DNA of 63,623 nucleotides, filler included, from Octopus bimaculoides (lineage: Eukaryota), in NCBI RefSeq assembly GCF_001194135.2. It is 5 parts of 5 records of this genome, joined end to end, with 100 filler letters (N's around TTAATTAATTAA, not from the genome) between each part and the next. Parts side by side here need not be neighbours in the genome. Positions count along the whole stretch, not along the records: positions 47,554 to 61,498 come from NC_069001.1; positions 61,599 to 63,623 come from NW_026401464.1; 3 more parts are not named here. One strand, 5' to 3'. How positions within the stretch are numbered: the stretch's first letter is position 1; each line of letters begins with the position of its first letter. The translations under genes were made by a program, and so were the position numbers. This document shows positions 52,142-63,623 of this stretch, in pieces. Below the pieces are notes generated by a model. It did not search any database, had not been told where the DNA came from, and saw only the letters and a list, made by a program, of their open reading frames with translations.

Positions 52142-53350
52142 GGTGTTCAGAAAGTAACTGTGTTTTACCAGAAGATATAAAAACGAATGTAAACTACATT
52201 TATGTGAATAATTTTAATCAAGAATGTAATCACTATCCGCAGCCCAGTGGTAAAGAATGGTAACCGTTTTATGCGACATTCAAAGAAATCTATTTCTTTC
52301 CTTGGAAAAATGTCTGAAAGACTAATTTCAACTTCCTCTCTGCATGTTTTGCCTCTTACAAAATGTTCTTGTGATCGGAACAGATGGAAATTTATCGGTG
52401 AGTATGAAGGATATGGAAGCGCTTTCTATCCTAACGATTTTGGGTTTGTTTTAAAGAGTAGAGTGAGGCCGTGCATTGTTATGCTGGAGAATAACACCTT
52501 TTCTGTTTACCAAAGTTGGCCACTTTCGACGTAATTTTTCATTTACTCGACAAGTTCTTGGCAGTAGATATCTGCATTGATGGTCCTTCAATGTTCCAGT
52601 AACTCGTGATGGACGATACTTTCCTTATTCCACCAAACAAGGGGCAAGTGTTTTTGTGGATGGAGTTCTGGCTTTGGTGTTGGCACTGGCCTTTCATTAC
52701 GTGAAAACTATAGTCTTTTTCGTTTTCTGTTGCGGTGCAAAACCCATTTTTCATCACCTGTTACAATGCTTTTCTATTCCTGGTTACGAGGCTGCTGTAG
52801 ATGGTGAAACGTTGTGTTCAGTTCTCAAGCGTAAGCTCATGTGGAACCCAAATTCCCTCTTTGCATGTTTTCCTAATTTGCTTGAGATGTTCGTGGACAG
52901 TTGAACATGCCATTAAATTTTCGTGTCAAATCTCTGGTGCTTTGAAGTGGATCCAGTATAACAGCCTCATTGAAAAGGTCGTCATTCAGAGTGGATCATC
53001 TTCGAGAGCAGGGCTTGTCGGATATGTCACGATATGTCACAATCGCCATCTTTAAACCTTTTAAACCACAGCTGAAATGTACGAGCTTTTACTGCACCCA
53101 GATAGACTTCACAAATGTTTTTCATGGCTTCTGTAGCGGTAATTTTCTTTCGAAATTTATACGATAAACAATGGCGAATATGTTGTTTCATAAAGTTCTT
53201 ATCCTCCATGGGTTAATTACAGAAATAACTATGAATGACACACTGTCTGATAGAAGAGACAGTTCCCGCCCGTGCGACCTTGGCTCTGATGTGATTGGGT
53301 AATTCATATTTCTTAGTGGTGAAGAAACACAATTACTTTTCGAACACCTA
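52142..53350 (-). mobile_element. Near full-length decayed mariner (Hsmar1/cecropia-like TIR)
   Basis: TIRs GGTGTTCAGAAAGTAACTGTGTT / rc GGTGTTCGAAAAGTAATTGTGTT; KQHIRHCLSYKFRKK..WFKRFKDGD; DEKWV; PKPELHPQK..VWWN; HNNARPH; frameshifted. Confidence 0.9.
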
Positions 53351-54059
53351 TATACATACATACATACACACACACATATATATATNNNNNNNNNNNNNNN
53401 NNNNNNNNNNNNNNNNNNNNNNNNNNNNNNNNNNNNNNNNNNNNNNNNNNNNNNNNNNNNNNNNNNNNNNNNNNNNNNNNNNNNNNNNNNNNNNNNNNNN
53501 NNNNNNNNNNNNNNNNNNNNNNNNNNNNNNNNNNNNNNNNNNNNNNNNNNNNNNNNNNNNNNNNNNNNNNNNNNNNNNNNNNNNNNNNNNNNNNNNNNNN
53601 NNNNNNNNNNNNNNNNNNNNNNNNNNNNNNNNNNNNNNNNNNNNNNNNNNNNNNNNNNNNNNNNNNNNNNNNNNNNNNNNNNNNNNNNNNNNNNNNNNNN
53701 NNNNNNNNNNNNNNNNNNNNNNNNNNNNNNNNNNNNNNNNNNNNNNNNNNNNNNNNNNNNNNNNNNNNNNNNNNNNNNNNNNNNNNNNNNNNNNNNNNNN
53801 NNNNNNNNNNNNNNNNNNNNNNNNNNNNNNNNNNNNNNNNNNNNNNNNNNNNNNNNNNNNNNNNNNNNNNNNNNNNNNNNNNNNNNNNNNNNNNNNNNNN
53901 NNNNNNNNNNNNNNNNNNNNNNNNNNNNNNNNNNNNNNNNNNNNNNNNNNNNNNNNNNNNNNNNNNNNNNNNNNNNNNNNNNNNNNNNNNNNNNNNNNNN
54001 NNNNNNNNNNNNNNTATATACATATATATATACATATATATACACACATACATACATAA

Positions 54060-54357
54060 ATATTCGAAAATATTTATATAGTTATAATTATAATAGGGCA
54101 CACGTGGTACCAGCATTGTCGTGAAATTCAGAGTCGAAAAATCCTGCAAGAAAACCACCAATCACTGAAAAATAACAAGCTCAACAGAAATCGGGCTATG
54201 AGCAAAGAAATTAACTTACCATCTCGACAGAAAACCATAGAATGAGGAAATAGATATCAATTGATTACAAATTTCGATCAGCAGATTCTCATCGGCAGAT
54301 CTCACTATATACCTAGCGTTAAAAACTTCGCTCGATTCATTATGCTTTGTAACCGCT
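54060..54357. repeat. Unclassified ~300-bp element between TA/TATG microsatellites; hammerhead-like remnant on minus strand at 54262-54296
   Basis: Minus strand CCGATGA-GAATC-TGCT-GATC-GAAA-TTTGTA; no helix I found. Confidence 0.35.
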
Positions 54358-54406
54358 GTATGTATGTATGTATGTATGTATGTATGTATGTATGTATGTA
54401 TGTATG

Positions 54407-54445
<39 letters not shown>

Positions 54446-54459
54446 ATAAATATATGTAG

Positions 54460-56870
54460 TTCAAATTTGCAGAAAACAATAGACGAAGACAAATGAGCGT
54501 ATTAGGTTTGTATTAGTTTGATGCTCGAGAAGAATGGAAAAGTTTTTCACGTTTTTGCTCTTTGACAGCAAGGATTGAGATGAAAAGAAGATGGAGAGAG
54601 AACGAAAGAAAATATAAATAAATGGAGAGAGAAAAAATGTGTAGGGATTAACGGGTTCAACATGATGAAATGTCTGGAAGAAAGAGGCTGAGTGAACAGG
54701 AGATGATAACGGTGACCCGGATGAAGTAGGGTGTGTAAGTGCATGTGAGGATGGTGTGTGTGTGTGCATATGCATTTGTGAATGGGGACGAGCGCGTGTG
54801 AATGTATGTGTGGGCGAGCTTAAAATCATGTGAGTCTTGGTGTGCGTATGGGAGCGTGTGTGTGTATGTGTATAAGTAACTTAGTGCGTGCGCGCGTTAT
54901 GTGGAGTAACGTGCGTTTCTTGTATTTGTGTGTGTGTATGTGTGTGCGTGCGTATGGATATGTGTATATGTGTGTGAAGCTCGCGTGTGCAAACGCTTGT
55001 GTGTAGCAGTTGATGTGTGTTTGTTCTGGTGGTGTATGCACTTGTGTATGTGTGTGTGTGTGTGTGAGTGAGACTTTATAGTGTGCGTGTCTATTGTGTA
55101 TGTTTATGTCCGAAAGTTGTATGTGTTTACGGATGTTATGTGCGTGCGTATATTGTCTGTGTTCAAACTGTGCACGTGCATTGTGTGTTCTTTTGGGGGT
55201 GAATACTGTGTGCTATGGGGAATACATAGACGTGTGAGGTGGGATAGGGGTAACAAGAGTCAGGGGTTCGGAAATATTGGGTGCTCGTGTGTGTGGCGTG
55301 GGAAGGTGCGTGTGAATGCATATGTATGTGAGTGTGCATAACGGTGTGTGGTGTGAGTACTGGGAGGTGTTGAGTGCTAATGTGGAGTAGGAAGTGTGAG
55401 TACTTAGTTGAACAGTGTGCGTAGCTGTTTGTATAATGGAGTGTGTGGTGAGGATACTGAGTTAGGCGGTGTACAGGTGTGGAAGTGGAGGGGTGTGGCA
55501 GTTAAAGGTGGGAGGTATGTGGGAATATGTGTGGGGTTGGTGTTAGTTGGAAAGAAGCGGCGAATTAAGGCCATAAGGTGCAAAGGAATGGAGGGAAAAG
55601 ATTAATTCCTGTTCACGGCAGAAGTCCGGGCTGCCCCTATGCAAAGACAGTCTGAACACAGTCAGATGTTGTAGCGAATGACCGGTGGAGCGGAAGTGGC
55701 GCGAGACCGGGGTGTCATTGCCAACTCTGATGTCTCGGAAGTGCTCAGTGAACTGGTCGGCCAATTGGCATCCTGTTTGACCAATGTACAGGGAAGGACA
55801 GAAAGAGCAGGAAATGCAGTAAATGACATTGCTGGTGGTGCAGGTAAAAAAAAATCGGTGATCTGATGGGGATGTGCCAGAGAGGATAATGGTGTTGGAG
55901 ACGGAGGGGCAGGTGCGACAGCGTGGGTGAGAGTAGGGGAAGGATTCAGGTTTGGTGCCAGGAGTAGGAAAGAAACTGCGGACCAGAAGGTGACGCAGGT
56001 TATGGGCGCATTTTAAGGAGGGAAGGGGTGGGTTAGGGTTAGAAGAGGGAGGTGGAGGGGTCGGACTCGAGTCGACGGAAAGCTCGGTGGATGGTACATT
56101 GGAGGGGTGGTAGGTGAGGGGAAAAGAGAGGTGGGTAAGCGGAGAGAGAAAGCAGAGATACGGTCAGCGAATCATGCCCAAGCAAAGGCAGTTTAGATAA
56201 TGATGAGGGGGTATCCTCGTAGTCGGAACTGGGGGTAGGAGATGGAGAGCTTGGTGTGGGTATGGTGGGAGAAGGAGAATTTGAGATAGGAGCGTGAGTC
56301 TGTGTTTGTAATGAATGGAGGTGGTAAGAGCGGAGTGGTCTATGCTAGCAGAAATGTCAAAAATTCAACGGAGGAGTTGGAGACAGTGCAGGAGAATTTG
56401 AAGTAAGGATGGAAGGACTGGATGAAGCAGAGGGAGGAGTCAAGCTGCTCACGGGAGATTGAGGTCGTGTCGATACAGTTGTCGATATAAAGACCATACA
56501 GCTCAGGAGTAGGACTGGTGAACTGTGAGAATATTTGTGTCTCAACATAGTCGACGAACAGGTTCGCATAGTTGGGGTCCATTCTCCTTCCCATGGCTGC
56601 TCCCGAGAGCTATTGGAAAAATTCACCCACAAACGAGAAGTAGTTGAGGGAGAGGACAAGTTCAGCGAAACGAAGAAGTGTGGAGGAGTCGGGCTGAGGG
56701 TCTGGACGAAGCTCTAGAAAGTTGCTCAGAGCAACATGACCTTCGTTATACGGGATCGGTGTGTATAAAGATATGATATCCAGAGTGAGCAAGAGTCGAG
56801 AGGGGCCAAGAAGGAGAAAGAGTTAAATAAACGGAGAGCATTGTTGGGTTGTGAATGTGTGAGGAGAGGG
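54460..56870 (-). mobile_element. 5'-truncated Penelope-like retroelement: RT C-half, GIY-YIG endonuclease and long 3' region
   Basis: LLTLDIISLYTPIP..LAELVLSLNYFSF-like, GAAMGRRMDPNYANLF, GLYIDN (RYIDD remnant); VIYCISCSFCPSLYIGQTG..FTEHFRDI..VSRHF..REQELIFSLHSFAPYGLN; degenerate HHR at 54541-54573. Confidence 0.9.
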
Positions 56871-57073
56871 AATATATATATATATATATATATGCGAAAT
56901 TTAGGTTAGTTCATATATGAATGTGACATTTTAACTTCTAAAGGCATATTCATTGCAGTTACCATGGAGAAAAAAATTCTCTCTTATGGTAAAAAGGTGT
57001 ACATACACCATATGTGTCCAGTGTTGACCCCGTCGGAATCCAAGACGAGTTTCTAGTTCTCTAGTCGTTGTGT

Positions 57074-57186
<113 letters not shown>

Positions 57187-57337
57187 TGTATGTATTGCAA
57201 GTGTGTCTCTCGTTTCCAAGTGTAAGAATGAGATCAACATCACTAAAATATAAGAAACATTTATTTATAAGCAAAAATTGGCCTAATTAATCAATTCTTC
57301 TAGAAAGAAAATGGAATCATGGGTAAACAGTAGTTCA

Positions 57338-57384
<47 letters not shown>

Positions 57385-58072
57385 AGACCTATGGAATTCA
57401 TTCATATTTTCTTTGGCAAGCATAGATATTCTTTTCTCTCTATTTTTCTCTCCACTTTCTTCCTTTCTCGTACTTTATTCTTTCTTATTTTCCTCTGCTT
57501 TCCTCCTCTTCCTTTCTCTCCTCCCATATCTTCCTCCCCCGCGTCTCTCTCTCTCTCTCTCTGTTTCTTTCTCCCTCTCCCTCTCTCTTTGTCATTCATT
57601 CTTTTTTCAACCTTTCTTACTCTCTACTTCCTTTCCCCCTATTCTTTTCAATCGATTTCGTTATTCCCGTTGTTCCTCTTTCTCTGTTCCCTCCCCATCC
57701 ACATCTCCTCTTTTCCACCCCTCCCCTCATCCTCCTCTCCACCTCCTTTACTTTTATCATATCTCTCTCAAGATATCTACCAGTAATACAACAAGGGATG
57801 AACGGAAAAAAAAGAAACTGAGGAAGGGAAGATACCTAATCCGATTTTTCATTTTATCACTTCATTAGTATGTAGTAGTAGTAGTAGTAGTAGTAGTAGT
57901 TGTTGTTGTTAATGGCATGGTGCTAGTGGTAATGGTGCTGGTGCTGCTGGTTCTTGTAGTCAGAGCAGTAGTAGCAATAGCAGCCACAGCAGCAGACAAT
58001 CTGACTCACAAAGACACTTCTGTAAGGATGTCTTATCATTAATAGCGATATCATCTCCATCATCATCATCAT

Positions 58073-58150
<78 letters not shown>

Positions 58151-58202
58151 CATCATAATCATCGTCGTCGTTGTTGTTGTCATGGTGGTGGTTCCATTAA
58201 AT

Positions 58203-58405
58203 CAGTGACTCTCAACCAGAGTCCATGTGGCCCTTGGGGGACCATATAAGGTTTTGTTGTTAAAACTTATCTGCAATTGATTATATTTATACAATACACA
58301 AAATGTTTTAATTCTTAAAAATACAATTCCTATTAATATTTACTTATAAAATTATAATAGTGTTTTTTAAAAGATCGAATGGCAAAAAATGGTTGAGAAA
58401 CACTG
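58203..58405. mobile_element. hAT-Charlie (MER5-like) MITE
   Basis: TIRs CAGTGACTCTCAACC / GGTTGAGAAACACTG; the 8-bp flanks share only TAAA, so the TSD is decayed. Confidence 0.75.
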
Positions 58406-58511
58406 AGCTAAACCGCTTCAAACGGTGCTCCAGCATGGCCGTGCTCCAATGATCGAAACAAATAAAAGGTATATGTGTGCGCTTGTGGGTGTATATGTGA
58501 GCACACGTGTT

Positions 58512-58581
<70 letters not shown>

Positions 58582-58582
58582 C

Positions 58583-58905
58583 GTGAAGGCGCGTGGCTTA
58601 GTGGTTGGGGCATTCGGCTCATGATCGTAAGGTTGTGAGTTCAATTCCAGGCGACTCATTGTGTCCTTGAGCAAGACACTTTATTTCACGTTGCTCCAGT
58701 CCACTCAGCTGGCAAAAACGATTGCTACCTGTATTTAAAAGGGCCAGCCTTGTCACACTCTTTGTCACGCTGAATCTCCCTGAGACCCACGTTACAGGTA
58801 CACGTGCCTGTGGATTGCTCAGTCACTTGTACGTTAATTTCACGAGCAAGCTGTTCCGTTGATCGCATCAGCTGGGACCCTCGTCGTCGTAACCGACGGA
58901 GCGCT
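58583..58905 (+). mobile_element. Family C SINE, near full length and well preserved
   Basis: GAAGGCGCGTGGCTTAGTGGTTGGGG..GTGAGTTCAATTCC..TTGTGTCCTTGAGCAAGACACTTTATTTC..CCCTCGTCGTCGTAACCGACGGAG. Confidence 0.9.
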
Positions 58906-59229
58906 CCTGTGTATGTATGTTTATATAAGTGGTTGTGTAACGACATGTCCGTATGTTTGGAAATCCCAAAACGAGTTTCGTTTCGAACATTAAGGTTATT
59001 TACTAGAATTTATGGAAAAAAAAACTATCCCAAACATTGCTTAATTTTGCAATATCCACCCACAACCTCAACCCACATCCACATTTGGCCACCCATAAAG
59101 AAATCTACCAGAATATGTTAAAGAGGAAATCCTATTGACGATGATAACATCGCAATATATTGAGTTACCGAATAGAAACAATATTGCAGGATAAAGAACT
59201 TGGTTAAATACCGGCAGACGACATCAATA

Positions 59230-59232
59230 TAG

Positions 59233-59300
<68 letters not shown>

Positions 59301-59715
59301 GGTGGTGGTTGCGGTAGCAGTAGTAATAGTACTAGTAGTAGTAGTAGTAGTAGTATTAGNNNNNNNNNNTAGTAGTAGTAGTGGTGGTGGTGGTGGTGGT
59401 TGCGGTAGCAGTAGTAATAGTACTAGTAGTAGTAGTAGTAGTAGTATTAGTATTAGTAGTAGTAGGAGGAGGAGGAGGAGGAGGAGGATGTGGTGGTGGT
59501 GGTGGTGGTGGTGGTGTAGCAGTGACAGTGGAGGTGGTGGTGGAGGTAATGCTGTTGGTGCTGGTGATGGTGGTGGTGATAGTGGTGACTGTGGTGGTTG
59601 CAGTGATGGTATTGGTAGTAATGGTTGTGGTGATGATAATGGTAGTGGTGGTGACGGTGGTGGTAGTGGTGGTAGTGGTGATGGTGGTTGCAGTTGATAG
59701 TGGTGGTAGTGATGG
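59230..59715 (+). repeat. Compound (GTA)n/(GTG)n/(GAG)n low-complexity tract
   Basis: Direct reading. Confidence 0.9.
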
Positions 59716-60380
59716 TGATTGTCGTTGTTTCGCTCCAGATCAATCACTGATCGGGCTCATAATCTTAAGCCCCCACCCCTGACCTTCCTTTTTCCATGAG
59801 TTATGTCAAAGTCAATCTGATTTAACATGTCCTTTTTCCTGTTTAAGACGGTAGAGTACGATTTGAGGGCAACTTCATTCCTATTTTTTCATAGGCCAAG
59901 CAATCACAGTGCAGTAACGCCACACGCGCTAGTCCTTGTTGTTACTGTGTTGTTGTTGTTGCTGTAGGTACATACAAGTGCGCGCGCGCACACACACATA
60001 GATATGCATGAACGTTCTCGCATAATATGATTTTAAAATAAATTAATCTAAGGTGAACGTAAATTCTTGCAAAACTCCTGGGCCAATGCGAGGGGCGAGG
60101 GATATAACAATTGAGTTTCTTTCAAGTTACCTCCCTTGAAATATGTATTTATTTTGAAGTCCCGCATAGTCTTGAGTAACCTCCTGTATTCTCATCACCG
60201 ACAGAGACGATCTCCAACATTCTCTAGTGAATCACTTGAATAATTGTGAAGATCTTTTCCGCATGAAACAATTGGTTGCCTTGTAAATTCGCAAATAAGG
60301 AATATTTATCCATCAAATGCAGTGTTGAATACTCATTCTCACGGTTCAATACTAGAGTACACATACAAAGCTCTCTTTTA

Positions 60381-60423
<43 letters not shown>

Positions 60424-61435
60424 TCTCTCTCTTTCTCTCTAATACACAAATAAATAAACATGTGTGTATGTGTCTCAGAGACACACAGGTGTATAGTCAT
60501 ATATACACGCATATACACACATATACACACACGCACATTCATATATGCGCTCACATACATATATACTTATACTTATTAGTATATACAGTCACATGGATGC
60601 ATATACACACACAAACGTACATCTACAATATTTTCCTCCTTCTTTCTCTATTACACTCACAAACATACACATAAACACAAACATATGCATACAAACAAAT
60701 AATGCAAAAAACAAAACACTAGCGCGTACTCAACACACACACACNNNNNNNNNNNNNNNNNNNNNNNNNNNNNNNNNNNNNNNNNNNNNNNNNNNNNNNN
60801 NNNNNNNNNNNNNNNNNNNNNNNNNNNNNNNNNNNNNNNNNNNNNNNNNNNNNNNNNNNNNNNNNNNNNNNNNNNNNNNNNNNNNNNNNNNNNNNNNNNN
60901 NNNNNNNNNNNNNNNNNNNNNNNNNNNNNNNNNNNNNNNNNNNNNNNNNNNNNNNNNNNNNNNNNNNNNNNNNNNNNNNNNNNNNNNNNNNNNNNNNNNN
61001 NNNNNNNNNNNNNNNNNNNNNNNNNNNNNNNNNNNNNNNNNNNNNNNNNNNNNNNNNNNNNNNNNNNNNNNNNNNNNNNNGAGAGAGAGAGAGAGGAGAT
61101 ACAGAAAGAGAGAGTGCAATGTAGATATAAATAAATATACATATATGTATGTATGGATGTATGTATGTATGTATGTATGTATGAACAGTCACACATATAC
61201 ACTCACACACGTGTTCACACCTATATTTATATAAATAGCATGGTTGTGTGTGTGCATATGTGTGTATGTGTGTGTGTGTGCGCGTGTGTACACACACACA
61301 TGCTCACACAATATCCGGCTTTCGACGCATATTTAGAATATCTAGAGCGACGCGACACACACACCCATGTATGTATGCTTGTTTACATGTGCGTATATAT
61401 GTGCACGCGCGCTTAGGTGTGTATTTGGGTGAGTG

Positions 61436-61498
<63 letters not shown>

Positions 61499-61598
61499 NN
61501 NNNNNNNNNNNNNNNNNNNNNNNNNNNNNNNNNNNNNNNNNNTTAATTAATTAANNNNNNNNNNNNNNNNNNNNNNNNNNNNNNNNNNNNNNNNNNNN

Positions 61599-61762
61599 TG
61601 ACACAGAATGTGACAAGGCTGGCACTTTTGAATTACAGGTACAACTCGTTTTGCCAAGTGAGTGAAGTAGAGCAACGATAAATAAAGTGTCTTGCTGAAG
61701 GTTATCGAACTCACGACGTTCTGATCGGGAGCCGAATGCCCTAACCTCTAAGCCACGCGCCT

Positions 61763-61765
<3 letters not shown>
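61599..61765 (-). mobile_element. Family C SINE 5' half
   Basis: Reverse complement GAAGGCGCGTGGCTTAGAGGTTAGGGCATTCGGC. Confidence 0.8.
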
Positions 61766-61803
<38 letters not shown>

Positions 61804-62109
61804 CGCATAAGTAAGCTCATAGATGGAAGACAAGCTGGAATTAATAGTACTTGAATACCAAAGGTTGAGTAAAATGCCCTTTATTGAAGCCGAAAGACTC
61901 TTCAAAAACTTACTTAGTTTCAAGTTACCGCTCGTCGGACAGTTGAGATCATACTGACAATATGATCACAACTGCCCTACAATCGGTAATGTGAAACTCT
62001 GAGTAACAGTCTGGGAAGAGATTTTAGGCTTTAATAAAAAGTATATAGATGCACACACACTACGTTACGCACATACATACATATATACGTACAATCTATA
62101 TTATGTACA

Positions 62110-62315
62110 AAGCGGCGAGCTGGCAGAAAGCGGCGAAAAGCTTAACGGTACTTCGTCTGTCTTTACGTTCTGAGTTCAAATTCCGCCGAGGTCGACTTTG
62201 CCTTACATACTTTCGGGGGTCGATAAATTAAGTACCAGTTGCGTACTGGGGTCGACCTGATTGACAGGCCCCTACCCCCAAAATTTCGGGCCGTGTGTCT
62301 AGAGTAGAAAAGAGT
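62110..62315 (+). mobile_element. Family B SINE
   Basis: GCGGCGAGCTGGCAGAAAG..GAGGTCGACTTTGCC..GGGGTCGATAAATTAAGTACCAG. Confidence 0.85.
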
Positions 62316-63484
62316 ATCTATATAATGTATACCGTATATAAATAGACAAAAACTAAGCTATTCACATATGTACATATAAATTTGTACACACATACAGATA
62401 TATGTATATATGCTTATATTTATACATGCATGCATAATACATTCTATATATATGCATATATGCATATATATGCATATATGTATNNNNNNNNNNNNNNNNN
62501 NNNNNNNNNNNNNNNNNNNNNNNNNNNNNNNNNNNNNNNNNNNNNNNNNNNNNNNNNNNNNNNNNNNNNNNNNNNNNNNNNNNNNNNNNNNNNNNNNNNN
62601 NNNNNNNNNNNNNNNNNNNNNNNNNNNNNNNNNNNNNNNNNNNNNNNNNNNNNNNNNNNNNNNNNNNNNNNNNNNNNNNNNNNNNNNNNNNNNNNNNNNN
62701 NNNNNNNNNNNNNNNNNNNNNNNNNNNNNNNNNNNNNNNNNNNNNNNNNNNNNNNNNNNNNNNNNNNNNNNNNNNNNNNNNNNNNNNNNNNNNNNNNNNN
62801 NNNNNNNNNNNNNNNNNNNNNNNNNNNNNNNNNNNNNNNNNNNNNNNNNNNNNNNNNNNNNNNNNNNNNNNNNNNNNNNNNNNNNNNNNNNNNNNNNNNN
62901 NNNNNNNNNNNNNNNNNNNNNNNNNNNNNNNNNNNNNNNNNNNNNNNNNNNNNNNNNNNNNNNNNNNNNNNNNNNNNNNNNNNNNNNNNNNNNNNNNNNN
63001 NNNNNNNNNNNNNNNNNNNNNNNNNNNNNNNNNNNNNNNNNNNNNNNNNNNNNNNNNNNNNNNNNNNNNNNNNNNNNNNNNNNNNNNNNNNNNNNNNNNN
63101 NNNNNNNNNNNNNNNNNNNNNNNNNNNNNNNNNNNNNNNNNNNNNNNNNNNNNNNNNNNNNNNNNNNNNNNNNNNNNNNNNNNNNNNNNNNNNNNNNNNN
63201 NNNNNNNNNNNNTATATATATGTATTTATATATATATATATACGTCTGTGTGTGTGTGTGTGTTTGCGCTTGTGTGCATGTGTGTATATGTATGGTGTAT
63301 ATAAACAGGTTGACGGACACATACGTATGTTCGTTCGTGGTTAATGTTTTTACTAAACACATTAAGAGACCACAGTAGTTACATTTAGTGACTAATCACC
63401 CGACGGATTGCTGACAATACATCTGTGAGAATGTATGTCTTGTGCGCACGCACACACACACACACACACATGTTTACTCCCAAC

Positions 63485-63623
63485 GATATGGTTCCGAGTT
63501 CAGTCCCACTGCTTGGCACTTACAAGGTAAGTGTCTTCTACTATAACCCTAACCCGATTAAAGCCTGGTCAGTGGGTATAGTAGAAGACATTTGCCCAAG
63601 ATGCCACGCAGTGGGACTGAACC
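63485..63623. mobile_element. Two family A SINE heads in inverted orientation
   Basis: 63488-63545 (+) and 63578-63623 (-) are ~45-bp reverse complements. Confidence 0.75.

Overview
AT-rich, gap-ridden animal genomic DNA, almost certainly octopus (inferred from the OK/OR-type tRNA-derived SINEs, the extreme microsatellite density, and the Dong-R4, Tx1 and Penelope content). I find no intact protein-coding gene, RNA gene or CRISPR array; nearly all ORF-track entries are microsatellite or N-gap translations. The window is a transposon graveyard. It holds three abundant SINE families (~40 copies), decayed mariner, DD37D-like Tc1/mariner and hAT DNA transposons (three with both TIRs), L1/Tx1 and Dong/R4 LINE pieces, and several Penelope-like (PLE) RT/GIY-YIG pieces. 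The best lead is a set of minimal hammerhead-ribozyme (HHR) motifs. One apparently intact HHR sits inside a tRNA-headed, TSD-flanked SINE (44223-44485), a near-intact one lies at 13065-13114, and degenerate ones lie at PLE 3' ends. Other leads are a 3.8-kb decayed coding-like block of unknown origin (23350-27180), a fold-back Tc1/mariner element apparently built from two 3' ends, tandem SINE arrays with repeated spacers, and Dong/R4 pieces around an (AAT)n tract. All calls were made by eye and by hand translation. SINE boundaries are approximate (about +/-20 bp), and no database search was run.
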